From an uncultured Gaiellaceae bacterium (GTDB taxonomy: Bacteria > Actinomycetota > Thermoleophilia > Gaiellales > Gaiellaceae): a stretch of 64,000 bases of DNA. Below are positions 21,101 through 30,717 of this stretch, piece after piece. Below the pieces are notes generated by a model that was not told the DNA's origin, did no database searches, and saw only the letters and a program-made list of their open reading frames with translations. The position numbers and the translations under genes were made by a program. Position 1 is the first letter of the stretch, and each line of letters opens with the position of its first letter. The stretch is taken from the NCBI GenBank assembly GCA_963740105.1, contig CAVUCT010000013.1, positions 6,359 through 70,358 of the forward strand, given 5' to 3'.

Positions 21101-21409
21101 TCATAGCTTGATCTCGATGTCGACGCCTGCGGGAAGATCGAGCCGCATGAGCGAGTCGACCGTCTTCGGCGTGGGGCTGTGGATGTCGATGAGGCGCTTG
21201 TGCGTGCGCACCTCGAAGTGCTCACGCGAGTCCTTGTCCTTGAACGGGCTGCGGATCACGCAGTAGACGTTCTTCTCGGTCGGCAGCGGGACGGGACCGG
21301 TGATGGTCGCGCCGGTTCGCTGAGCGGTCTCGACGATCTGGGATGCCGACTTGTCCACCTGCTGGTGGTCGTAGCCCTTCAGACGGATGCGGATCTTCTG
21401 CTGCGCCAT
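21101..21409 (-). CDS. rpsJ: 30S ribosomal protein S10
   Basis: Last 102 codons of ORF 21101..22081: [47 protein letters not shown] at 21409 checked. Confidence 0.96.
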   Translation of the reverse strand: MAQQKIRIRLKGYDHQQVDKSASQIVETAQRTGATITGPVPLPTEKNVYCVIRSPFKDKDSREHFEVRTHKRLIDIHSPTPKTVDSLMRLDLPAGVDIEIKL

Positions 21410-21421
21410 GTGTGTGCGTGG

Positions 21422-21444
21422 GTAGGAGCGGGAAGATCCCGCTC

Positions 21445-21448
<4 letters not shown>
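21422..21448 (-). repeat. 11-bp perfect hairpin (GUAGGAGCGGG-AUCUU-CCCGCUCCUAC) overlapping the tuf stop codon, 13 nt before the rpsJ ATG
   Basis: Read directly: gtaggagcggg aagat cccgctcctac. The base GUAGG/CCUAC is the same as in the hairpin motifs at 6742, 43502 and 45362. No U-tract follows. Confidence 0.7.
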
Positions 21449-22635
<1,187 letters not shown>

Positions 22636-22668
22636 CTGCTCCTATCCTCCGAGCTCGTCGTTCTGGGT

Positions 22669-24762
22669 TTACGCTGTCTTCTCGCCGCCGACGATCGCCT
22701 CGGCGATCGAGGCCGGCACTTCTTCGTAGCGGTCGAACTGCATCGTGAACGTCGCGCGGCCCTGGCTCATCGAGCGCAGGTCGGTCGCATAGCCGAACAT
22801 CTCGGAGAGCGGAACGCTCGCCTTGACCGACTGCGACCCACCGACCGGCTCGAGCTGCTCGACCCGGCCACGACGTCCGTTCAGGTTACCAATGACGTCA
22901 CCGAGGTAGTCGTCAGGCGTCACGACCTCGACGGCCATGACGGGCTCGAGGAGCTTCGGCTTCGCGCGCTTCATGCCTTCCTTGAACGCCATCGAGCCCG
23001 CGATCTTGAAGGATCGCTCGCTCGAATCGACGTCGTGGTACGAACCGTCGACCAGCTCGATCTTGATGTCGACCACGGGGTAGCCGGCCACGATGCCCGA
23101 ACTCATCGCCTCCCGGACGCCCTGGTTTACAGCGGGGATGTACTCCTTCGGGATCTTCCCGCCGACGATCCTGTCCACGAACTCGTAGCCCTCGCCCGGG
23201 TTCGGATAGAGGTTCACGGTGACGTCGCCGTACTGGCCCGAGCCGCCGGTCTGACGGACGAACTTGCCCTGGATCTTCTCAGCCGGACTCGTGATCGTCT
23301 CGCGGTAGGCGACCTGCGGCCGACCGACGTTGCCGTCCACCGAGAACTCGCGCTGGAGACGGTCGACGATGATCTCGAGGTGCAGCTCGCCCATCCCCGC
23401 GATGAGCGTCTGCCCGGTCTCCTCGTCGGAGGACACTCGGAACGTCGGATCCTCCTCGGCGAGGCGTTGAAGCGCCGTCGCGAGCTTGTCCTGATCCGCC
23501 TTCGTGCGCGGCTCGATCGCGACCGAGATGACCGGGTCCGGGAAGGACATCCGCTCGAGCACGATCGGTGCCGAGCCGACGGCGATCGTGTCACCCGTCG
23601 TCGTGAACTTGAGGCCGACGGCTGCGGCGATCTCACCCGCGCCGATCTCGTCGCGCTCCTCGCGGTGGTTCGCGTGCATCTGGAGGATGCGGCCGATCCG
23701 CTCCGTCTTGCCGTTCGTCGTGTTGAGCACGCGGTCCCCGGCCTTGACCTGACCCGAGTAGACGCGGAAGTAGGTCAGCTTGCCGACGTACGGATCGCTC
23801 ATCACCTTGAATGCGAGCGCGGCGAACGGCGCGTCGTAGTCGGCCGGGCGGGACTCCTCCGCCTCCGACTTCGGGTCGAGACCTTGAACAGGCGGAACGT
23901 CGAGCGGGCTCGGCAGGTAGTCGACGATCGCGTCGAGGAGCGCCTGCACGCCCTTGTTCTTGAACGCAGAGCCCGCGAGCACAGGTGTGATCTCGCCTGC
24001 GAGCGTTCCCTTGCGGAGCGCGCGGCGGATCATCTCCGGCGTCACGGAGCCCTCGTCCTCGAGGTACGTCTCCATGAGCTCGTCGTCGAACTCGGCAATG
24101 AGGTCGATGAGGTCGTGATGGCCCGCGTGCGCCGCGTCGGCGAGCTGGGACGGGATGTCCTCGACCGCGAACTCCGTGCCGAGCGTGTTCGAGTACACGA
24201 TCGCCTTCAGCTCGACGAGATCGACGATCCCCGAGAAGTTCTCCTCCGCCCCGATCGGGACGTGGATCGGCACCGGGCGTGCACCGAGCCGGTCGCGCAT
24301 GGACTGCACCGCGGCGTCGAAGTCCGCGCCGGTGCGATCCATCTTGTTGATGAAGGCGATGCGCGGGACGCTGTAGCGGTCGGCCTGACGCCAGACCGTT
24401 TCGGACTGCGGCTGCACTCCCGCGACGGAGTCGAAGACGGCCACCGCGCCGTCGAGGACACGGAGGCTGCGCTCGACCTCGACCGTAAAGTCCACGTGCC
24501 CGGGCGTATCGATGATGTTGATGCGATGGTCGCGCCACTCCGCCGTCGTCGCCGCCGATGTGATCGTGATGCCGCGCTCCTGCTCCTGCGCCATCCAGTC
24601 CATGGTCGCCGCACCCTCGTGCACCTCGCCCATCTTGTGCGTGCGGCCGGTGTAGTAGAGGATCCGCTCGGTCGTCGTGGTCTTGCCCGCGTCGATATGG
24701 GCCATGATCCCGATGTTCCGGACGCGGTCGAGCCCGACCGGTGTCGCGACGGCACTCATCAC
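22669..24762 (-). CDS. fusA: Elongation factor G
   Basis: ORF 22669..24762: [25 protein letters not shown]. Confidence 0.98.
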   Translation of the reverse strand: MMSAVATPVGLDRVRNIGIMAHIDAGKTTTTERILYYTGRTHKMGEVHEGAATMDWMAQEQERGITITSAATTAEWRDHRINIIDTPGHVDFTVEVERSLRVLDGAVAVFDSVAGVQPQSETVWRQADRYSVPRIAFINKMDRTGADFDAAVQSMRDRLGARPVPIHVPIGAEENFSGIVDLVELKAIVYSNTLGTEFAVEDIPSQLADAAHAGHHDLIDLIAEFDDELMETYLEDEGSVTPEMIRRALRKGTLAGEITPVLAGSAFKNKGVQALLDAIVDYLPSPLDVPPVQGLDPKSEAEESRPADYDAPFAALAFKVMSDPYVGKLTYFRVYSGQVKAGDRVLNTTNGKTERIGRILQMHANHREERDEIGAGEIAAAVGLKFTTTGDTIAVGSAPIVLERMSFPDPVISVAIEPRTKADQDKLATALQRLAEEDPTFRVSSDEETGQTLIAGMGELHLEIIVDRLQREFSVDGNVGRPQVAYRETITSPAEKIQGKFVRQTGGSGQYGDVTVNLYPNPGEGYEFVDRIVGGKIPKEYIPAVNQGVREAMSSGIVAGYPVVDIKIELVDGSYHDVDSSERSFKIAGSMAFKEGMKRAKPKLLEPVMAVEVVTPDDYLGDVIGNLNGRRGRVEQLEPVGGSQSVKASVPLSEMFGYATDLRSMSQGRATFTMQFDRYEEVPASIAEAIVGGEKTA

Positions 24763-24766
24763 TCGG

Positions 24767-25237
24767 CTACCAGCGGTAGTGCGCGAAGGCCTTGTTGGCC
24801 TGCGCCATCCGGTAGATGTCGTCCTTCTTCTTGTACGCCCCGCCCTGCTGGTTCAGTGCGTCCATGAGCTCGCCGGCGAGCTTCGCCGACATGCCCTTCT
24901 CTCGGCGGTCGCGAGCGTTCTGCACGATCCAGCGCAACGCGAGGGTACGCGCGCGCCGCTGCGGCACCTCGATGGGGACCTGGTAGTTCGCGCCGCCCAC
25001 GCGACGAGAGCGGACCTCGAGCACCGGCGTGACGCTCTTGACGGCCTGCTCGAGCACCTCGAGCTGCGGCTTGCCCGTCTTCTCGGACGCGATCGCGAGC
25101 GCGTCGTAGACCGTGCGCTCGGCGATCGACTTCTTGCCGTCGAGCATCAGGCGATTGATGAGCGACGCGACGAGCACCGACCCGTGGACGGCATCGGGCT
25201 CGATCGTGCGCGGCTGGATCTCTGCGCGGCGGGGCAT
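24767..25237 (-). CDS. rpsG: 30S ribosomal protein S7
   Basis: ORF 24767..25237: [14 protein letters not shown]...[19 protein letters not shown]...NKAFAHYRW. Confidence 0.97.
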   Translation of the reverse strand: MPRRAEIQPRTIEPDAVHGSVLVASLINRLMLDGKKSIAERTVYDALAIASEKTGKPQLEVLEQAVKSVTPVLEVRSRRVGGANYQVPIEVPQRRARTLALRWIVQNARDRREKGMSAKLAGELMDALNQQGGAYKKKDDIYRMAQANKAFAHYRW

Positions 25238-25239
25238 CG

Positions 25240-25608
25240 TTACGCCTTCTTCGCCCCGTATTTCGAGCGCGCCTGGCGGCGCTCCGAGACGCCGGCGGAG
25301 TCGAGACCGCCGCGGATGACCTTGTAGCGGAAGCCCGGGAGGTCCTTCACGCGACCTCCGCGGACGAGCACGACGGAGTGCTCCTGCAGGTTGTGACCCT
25401 CACCCGGAATGTAGGCGCCCACCTCCATGCCGTTCGTGAGCCGGACGCGCGCGACCTTGCGCAGCGCCGAGTTCGGCTTCTTCGGCGTGGTGGTGTAGAC
25501 GCGCGTGCAGACGCCGCGCTTCTGCGGGGCTCCCCGGAGCGCTGGAGTCTTCGTCTTCACCTTCGGCGTCGCTCGGCCTTTCCGGACGAGCTGATTCACT
25601 GTGGGCAC
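25240..25608 (-). CDS. rpsL: 30S ribosomal protein S12
   Basis: Last 122 codons of ORF 25240..26796: [61 protein letters not shown] at 25608 preceded by GAGGAG. Confidence 0.96.
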   Translation of the reverse strand: MPTVNQLVRKGRATPKVKTKTPALRGAPQKRGVCTRVYTTTPKKPNSALRKVARVRLTNGMEVGAYIPGEGHNLQEHSVVLVRGGRVKDLPGFRYKVIRGGLDSAGVSERRQARSKYGAKKA

Positions 25609-25815
25609 GCGCTGGCTCCTCGTGCAGGTCGATGACATGGGAGACGAGGTGGGTGCCAGAGAAGCCTGACCACCACTCGATTCTTGTGCGCCGGCAAACA
25701 CAGCTGTGCCGACCGGCAAGCCGCGAGATGGTAGCAGAGCACATGCTCGCGCGCCCGTAGCCAAGCGGCCGCACCCCACATACAGTGCGCGAGGCGAGGA
25801 GGTGCTGGGAGGAAG

Positions 25816-27426
25816 ATGGTGACTGGGGTTGTCGCAGCGTTCGCTGTGTTGGGGATCTGCGCGCTCGCGCTCCTCGCAGTGCGCCGATCGCGCCGCGAGT
25901 CGGAGCGCCGGCTCGAGCTCGTCCTCGATGGCATCGGCGGACATCTGCAGGCGATCTCGGCGAGCGTCGAGCAGGCGGTAGCGCGTGTCGCGAGTGCTCC
26001 GGACGAGCACGCACCGCCCTTGACGCTCGACTTCGACACGCTGGTCGACGAGCTCGTCGCCGAGGCGGCCGTGAGAACCGGCGCCGATGCGGTCGTCCTC
26101 CGCATCGAGGGGCCGGGTGGGCGGCCCGTCGTCGCGTCGTTCGGCCAGGGCCCGACGAGCGAGCTCGCGGAGCAGACCCTCGGGACGGCGCGCCCGCGAG
26201 CGTTTCGCGCAGCCACCATCGACTGGACCTACAGCGCAGCGGGTGAGCCGGACGACGAGCGATTCCACTCGGCACTCGTCGCTCCGCTCGGAGCGAAGGC
26301 CGGGATTCCCGGCACGCTGGTCGCATACGCGTGCGTACCGCAGGCATTTCGTCCGGAGCACGTATCGGCGCTGAACCAGCTTCTCGCCGACGTGGCAACA
26401 GGCCTTGCGAACGCGCGTCGGTTCGCCGACGTCGAGGCGCGGCTCCTCCTCGACCCCGCGACCGGAATTGCCAGCCGCCGTGGCTACGAGGTCGAGCTCG
26501 GACGCGAGGTGGCTCGAGCCAACCGCACGGGACGTCCCCTCTCCGTCGTGCTCGTCGGCGTCGGGACGGGGCAGGACACAACAACGACGAGTAGTCATGG
26601 GCCAGCCGAGCAGGTCGCACAGCTCCTCACGAGAGTGACTCGCAGGAGCGACATCTCGTGCAGACGCGGAGAGCACGAGTTCGCAATCCTCCTTCCGGAG
26701 ACGCGAGAGTCGGGTGCGAACGTGCTCACGGCGCGCCTTCGCGAAGAGGCGAAGCGGGCGCTCGGGTCGACGCAGCAGACCATCACGGTGGGCCACGTCG
26801 AGTGGATGCCGAACGAGTCGGTCGACGCGCTCGAGGCGCGTGCCGAGGCTGCGCTCGCGTCACCGGGCAGACGCGACTGGGCGGAGCGAGCTTCGGTCGT
26901 GCGAAGCCGCGCCGCGGACGCGGCGCTCGGTGAGCTCCAGGCCGAGCCCACCGAGGCGCTCCGTCGCGACGTTCTCGATGCGCTGGCGCACGAGATCCTC
27001 GAAGGGCGCCGGTTCGGCCGATCGCTCGCCGTCGTGGTGCTCGACGTCGACGGGCTCGACGAGCCTCCGGAAGGCCTCGACCGGGAAGTACTGGATGCAG
27101 TGCTCGGTCGCGTCGCGGGGCGGCTCTCGGACAGCGTCGGCAGCGGATCGGTCCATCGACTCGGAACGGCGCGCTTCGCTCTCGTCCTCTCGGGCGGGAG
27201 CGCGAACGACGCCGAAGCACTCCTCGAGACGCTTCACGCCACGGGCGACGACGATGGCGAGACCGGCGAGGTCTCGTTCAGCGCCGGTGTCACCGAGCTG
27301 ATCGAGCGCGATGGCGCCGAGACCGCCCTCGGCCGTGCGGAGCACGCCCTGTGGCAGGCGAGGCAGGCGGGACGAGGCACGATCGTCGTTGCCGTTCCGG
27401 GCAGGCGCTCACCCCGAATTCAGTAG
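25816..27426 (+). CDS. Membrane-anchored GAF protein with two degenerate GGDEF domains (first keeps an RxxD I-site; predicted non-catalytic)
   Basis: ORF 25816..27426 has an N-terminal TM ([21 protein letters not shown]) and a GAF-like region. GGDEF-like domain 1 reads [15 protein letters not shown]...[21 protein letters not shown], so the signature is GEHEF with RRSD five residues upstream. Domain 2 reads [12 protein letters not shown]...[12 protein letters not shown]. Confidence 0.75.
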   Translation: MVTGVVAAFAVLGICALALLAVRRSRRESERRLELVLDGIGGHLQAISASVEQAVARVASAPDEHAPPLTLDFDTLVDELVAEAAVRTGADAVVLRIEGPGGRPVVASFGQGPTSELAEQTLGTARPRAFRAATIDWTYSAAGEPDDERFHSALVAPLGAKAGIPGTLVAYACVPQAFRPEHVSALNQLLADVATGLANARRFADVEARLLLDPATGIASRRGYEVELGREVARANRTGRPLSVVLVGVGTGQDTTTTSSHGPAEQVAQLLTRVTRRSDISCRRGEHEFAILLPETRESGANVLTARLREEAKRALGSTQQTITVGHVEWMPNESVDALEARAEAALASPGRRDWAERASVVRSRAADAALGELQAEPTEALRRDVLDALAHEILEGRRFGRSLAVVVLDVDGLDEPPEGLDREVLDAVLGRVAGRLSDSVGSGSVHRLGTARFALVLSGGSANDAEALLETLHATGDDDGETGEVSFSAGVTELIERDGAETALGRAEHALWQARQAGRGTIVVAVPGRRSPRIQ

Positions 27427-27470
27427 CCGTCGCGAGAGCGTCTTCGTCCAGTTTGCGCAGTACAGTGCGA

Positions 27471-27500
27471 GGGGGTACCTCGTTCGAGGTTGCATCCCCC
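27471..27500 (+). terminator. Possible terminator hairpin after the first GGDEF gene
   Basis: GGGGG-TACCTCGTTCGAGGT-TGCAT-CCCCC followed by GTTTGCG. The nested stems are GGGGG/CCCCC and ACCTCG/CGAGGT. The T-tract is weak. Confidence 0.35.
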
Positions 27501-27548
27501 GTTTGCGTGAGTACAAGGAGAAGTAGTCCGGATGAGGCGGCCTAACAC

Positions 27549-28730
27549 GTGGCTCTGACGATCGCGATCATCGCCGCGGCCCTCGTGGCCGCGGCCGTCG
27601 TCGTTGGGATCGTCGTGAACAGGCGGCAGCCGGCCACGGCGCCGCCCAACGACGAGCTCGTACGCGCCGTCGACGAGATGCGGAGCAAGATGGACGAGCT
27701 GGCGGGCGAGCTCTCGGGCGCGCTCGAGCGGGCTGAGCAGGAGAGCCGCAGGAACAGGCTCTTCGGCGAGCTCGGAGGATCGATCGATCTCGAGGAGCTG
27801 ATGGATCGCGTCCTCGACGCGGCGATGGCTATCCCCGGAATCGAAGCGGCGATGATGGTCGTCGAGCGCCAGGACGGCGCACCGGCGGTCGTCACGCGCG
27901 GCATGAGCGCCGAGGAGTCCGCGCGTCCTCCCACATCCGGCGTCGCCGGGACGCTGCCCGGAACGATCACCGTGAGCTACCGCTACGGGCGGGATCGCGA
28001 CGGGGACGACCTGGACCTCATCCGCGGCGGCGCGTTCGTCCCGCTCATGGGGCGAGAGCTGCGCCCGGTCGGGACACTGTCCCTGTTCTGGCGCTCCGCT
28101 GACCACGAGCCGTCGGCCGACGAGATCGACCAGGCCGAGCACCTCGCGGCAAGCTGCATCTCGGCGATCGAGAACGCCCGCCGGTACGGCGAGGCCAGGA
28201 AGCTCGCGGAGACGGACGGGCTCACCGGCCTGCACAACCAGCGGTACTTCCAGGAGACCCTGCGACGCGAGGTGACGCGCGCGCACCGCTACCAACGAAA
28301 GCTCACGCTGGTCGTCTTCGACCTCGACGACTTCAAGTCGATCAACGACCAGGTCGGCCATCTCGCGGGCGACCGGGTACTCGCCCAGGCGGCGGATCGG
28401 CTACGCGAGGCAGTGCGCTCGGTCGACGTCGCTTCCCGTATCGGAGGCGACGAGTTCGCGGTGATCATGCCGGAGTCCACCGCCGAGGACGGGGAGCAGC
28501 TCTTCCGCCGCGTGCACAACTCGATGCGCGGCACCGCGCTCGGTCCGGACGACCAACGACTGCGCCTCTCCGGAGGCATCGCCGAGCTCCTCCACGGCGA
28601 CACTCCGGCGAGCCTGTTCGAACGAGCGGACGCTGCGCTCTATCGCGCGAAGGAGCTCGGGAAGGACCGAGCGGACATCGCGCGCGCCGGCGAGCTCCGC
28701 TCGGAGCCCGAGCCGCGTCACGACAACTAG
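27549..28730 (+). CDS. Diguanylate cyclase, TM-GAF-GGDEF with intact active site and I-site
   Basis: ORF 27549..28730 has an N-terminal TM (ALTIAIIAAALVAAAVVVGIVV) and a GAF-like region. The GGDEF domain reads AETDGLTGLHNQRYF, VVFDLDDFKSINDQVGHLAGD and RSVDVASRIGGDEFAVIM (RxxD + 5 + GGDEF). Confidence 0.85.
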   Translation: MALTIAIIAAALVAAAVVVGIVVNRRQPATAPPNDELVRAVDEMRSKMDELAGELSGALERAEQESRRNRLFGELGGSIDLEELMDRVLDAAMAIPGIEAAMMVVERQDGAPAVVTRGMSAEESARPPTSGVAGTLPGTITVSYRYGRDRDGDDLDLIRGGAFVPLMGRELRPVGTLSLFWRSADHEPSADEIDQAEHLAASCISAIENARRYGEARKLAETDGLTGLHNQRYFQETLRREVTRAHRYQRKLTLVVFDLDDFKSINDQVGHLAGDRVLAQAADRLREAVRSVDVASRIGGDEFAVIMPESTAEDGEQLFRRVHNSMRGTALGPDDQRLRLSGGIAELLHGDTPASLFERADAALYRAKELGKDRADIARAGELRSEPEPRHDN

Positions 28731-28739
28731 AGACGTTTT

Positions 28740-29321
28740 CTAGCGAAACGCGACGACACGGTTCTGCGTGAGCGCTGCGACGGGCCGGGTCTTCGAGACG
28801 ACGACGCTCGCTCTCGAGCCGAGTGCCCGGGAAAGGAAGACGGCTCGCTCGGTCCCGACGAACTGCGCCGCGCGGGCCGGGGTGGCCCCCGGTGCGACGA
28901 TCCAGGCGACGTACGGCTTCGCCCTCGCGGCGGGCTGGAGCCCGCGGACGAGAATCGCCGCACGACCGCCACTCCCGACCGCGAGCACGAGGCCACGTGA
29001 TCCCGTGAACGCGACCCGCTCCGTGCTCGGCTTCGCGAGGAGTGCGAGCACGCGCCGCTCGATGGGCGACGCGGGCGGCGTGGCTTGCGCGGACGGCGCG
29101 TTCTGCGCCGTCTCGGTCGTGTCTCCGGCGGAGAGCACCGCCGCGGCACCGAGCGCCATGGCCGCGACGCCGGCAAGCACGCCGAGCGTGGCGAGAACGA
29201 GCGGGGACGGACGTCGGCCTCTGGGCATGTCGACGGCCCACATGCTCGGCGCCGTCGAGCCCAGGTCGTCCGTCTCGAGCGCAGGTAGCTGCACGACGGG
29301 GATGTCGGGAACGGTCGTCAC
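28740..29321 (-). CDS. Membrane protein with anti-sigma-K (RskA)-like extracytoplasmic domain; no zinc-binding anti-sigma domain
   Basis: ORF 28740..29321 has a single TM (LVLATLGVLAGVAAMALGAAAVL). The C-terminal domain carries the RskA-like core KPYVAWIVAPGATPARAAQFVG. No HxxxCxxC motif is present and no sigma factor gene is adjacent. Confidence 0.5.
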   Translation of the reverse strand: MTTVPDIPVVQLPALETDDLGSTAPSMWAVDMPRGRRPSPLVLATLGVLAGVAAMALGAAAVLSAGDTTETAQNAPSAQATPPASPIERRVLALLAKPSTERVAFTGSRGLVLAVGSGGRAAILVRGLQPAARAKPYVAWIVAPGATPARAAQFVGTERAVFLSRALGSRASVVVSKTRPVAALTQNRVVAFR

Positions 29322-29383
29322 GGAGCTTCGGCCACGGTAGCGACCGGTCCTGTCGGACCGACCGGGCGGCCGCGAGTCCGGGT

Positions 29384-29404
29384 AGCGACCCGGCCGCGAA
29401 GCGG
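29384..29404 (+). repeat. 21-nt exact direct repeat, copy 1 (upstream of the third GGDEF gene)
   Basis: AGCGACCCGGCCGCGAAGCGG is identical to 30691..30711. It is preceded by a second GGTAGCGACC(C)GG copy at 29335..29347. Confidence 0.85.
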
Positions 29405-29450
29405 TGGTCGGCTTCCGGGGATCGACGCGATCGGAAGTGCGGAGCCAAAG

Positions 29451-30659
29451 ATGTCGACCGATGCGCCCGCTAGTAATAGCCGCATGCCCGAGTCAGATGC
29501 CGCCATCGCTCTCTCCGTCGGAGCGCTCCTTCTCGGAGTGCTGTGTCTCACGCTTCTCGTCCTCGCACTGCGCCGCCTGCTCGGAAATCACGAGGAGGTC
29601 GTGACGACAATGCTTCAGCGCTACGACAACCGTCTGGCCGAGTTCGCGCAGACGCTGAACGACGCGCTCAACCAGACGCTCCCGGCGCGTATCACCGCGG
29701 CGATCTCGGGAGCGCCGAGCGAGGCCGCAGCCGTGGAGGCGCCGCCGGATCACTCGAACGTCGTGCGGGTGCTCGAGCTCGCGCGCGAGCAGACCGCGGC
29801 GGACGCCGCGGTGGCGATCGTGGGAACGAAGCAAGAGCCGATCCTCGCTACCGTCGGACTGTCCCAGACGGAGGTCGCCCAGGTCGGAGGCCTCGGAGTG
29901 CCCGACTACCGCGGTGCCCGCGCGATTCAGGTCTCGTTCTCGGGAGACGACGCACCGCGCGACGCGAACCCGATCCGCAGCGGGCTTGCGATCCCGTTGC
30001 TCGACTCGCAGTCCGAGCCGGGAATGCTCGCTGTGCTCACGCGTACGCCCGATCGTCGGTTCAGCGAGATCGACATCACGTCGCTCGAGAACGTCCTCAG
30101 CGTCACCCGGCCGGCACTCGAAACGTCACTGGAGCTGCGCGAACCCGATCCCGTCCCGGAACGCGATCCGCTGACCGATCTCTACGATCGCCCGGCCTTC
30201 CACGCGCTTCTCGATCGTGAGATCGGCCGCGCGCGTGGCCGCCGCGAGCAGATGGCACTCCTCGTCCTCGACGTCGATCGCCTCACGACGATCAATGCGC
30301 GTATCGGGCATCTGGCGGCCGACGACGTCCTCTCGACCGTCGCCCGCGTGCTCAACGACGTCGCCGGGCCGCGGGACCTCCCCTGCCGGATCGGCGGAGG
30401 CCGCTTCGGCGTCGTGCTCTCGGTGGCGGACAGCCGCGACGCCGAGCGGCTCTTCGACCGGTTGCAGACCGCCTTGCGGGAGCGCCCGTTGCCAAACATC
30501 GGCGTCGTCTCGTTCTCGGGCGGCGTCGCCGAGCTGCTTCCGAGAGACGACGCGACGGCTCTCATCGTTCGCGCCGACGCTGCGCTCGGGCTCGCCAAGA
30601 GCTCGGGCCGCGACATGGTGGTCACGGCCGCCAAGCGGCCGAGCCGCGACGTCGCGTGA
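29451..30659 (+). CDS. TM-GAF protein with degenerate GGDEF domain (GGGRF; I-site lost)
   Basis: ORF 29451..30659 has a TM (AIALSVGALLLGVLCLTLLVLAL). The GGDEF-like domain reads DPLTDLYDRPAFH, LVLDVDRLTTINARIGHLAADD and GPRDLPCRIGGGRFGVVL. GGAG lies 6 nt before ATG 29451. Confidence 0.75.
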   Translation: MSTDAPASNSRMPESDAAIALSVGALLLGVLCLTLLVLALRRLLGNHEEVVTTMLQRYDNRLAEFAQTLNDALNQTLPARITAAISGAPSEAAAVEAPPDHSNVVRVLELAREQTAADAAVAIVGTKQEPILATVGLSQTEVAQVGGLGVPDYRGARAIQVSFSGDDAPRDANPIRSGLAIPLLDSQSEPGMLAVLTRTPDRRFSEIDITSLENVLSVTRPALETSLELREPDPVPERDPLTDLYDRPAFHALLDREIGRARGRREQMALLVLDVDRLTTINARIGHLAADDVLSTVARVLNDVAGPRDLPCRIGGGRFGVVLSVADSRDAERLFDRLQTALRERPLPNIGVVSFSGGVAELLPRDDATALIVRADAALGLAKSSGRDMVVTAAKRPSRDVA

Positions 30660-30690
30660 ACTAGGGAGCGCACCACCTACGAGGTGATGG

Positions 30691-30711
30691 AGCGACCCGG
30701 CCGCGAAGCGG
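30691..30711 (+). repeat. 21-nt exact direct repeat, copy 2 (downstream of the third GGDEF gene)
   Basis: AGCGACCCGGCCGCGAAGCGG is identical to 29384..29404. The following bases (ACGGCTTT vs TGGTCGGCTT) are also similar. Confidence 0.85.
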
Positions 30712-30715
30712 ACGG
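30697..30715. terminator. Possible bidirectional terminator hairpin between convergent genes
   Basis: CCGGCCGC-GAA-GCGGACGG pairs 7 of 8 positions and is followed by CTTT. It lies between the GGDEF-3 stop (30659) and the stop of the 621-aa gene (30718). Confidence 0.4.
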
Positions 30716-30717
30716 CT

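Noticed and set aside
27427-27548. c-di-GMP riboswitch upstream of the active diguanylate cyclase.
   Set aside because: I could not recognise the paired-hairpin GEMM architecture or its conserved tetraloop/receptor features. Only a simple hairpin and two short direct boxes are present.
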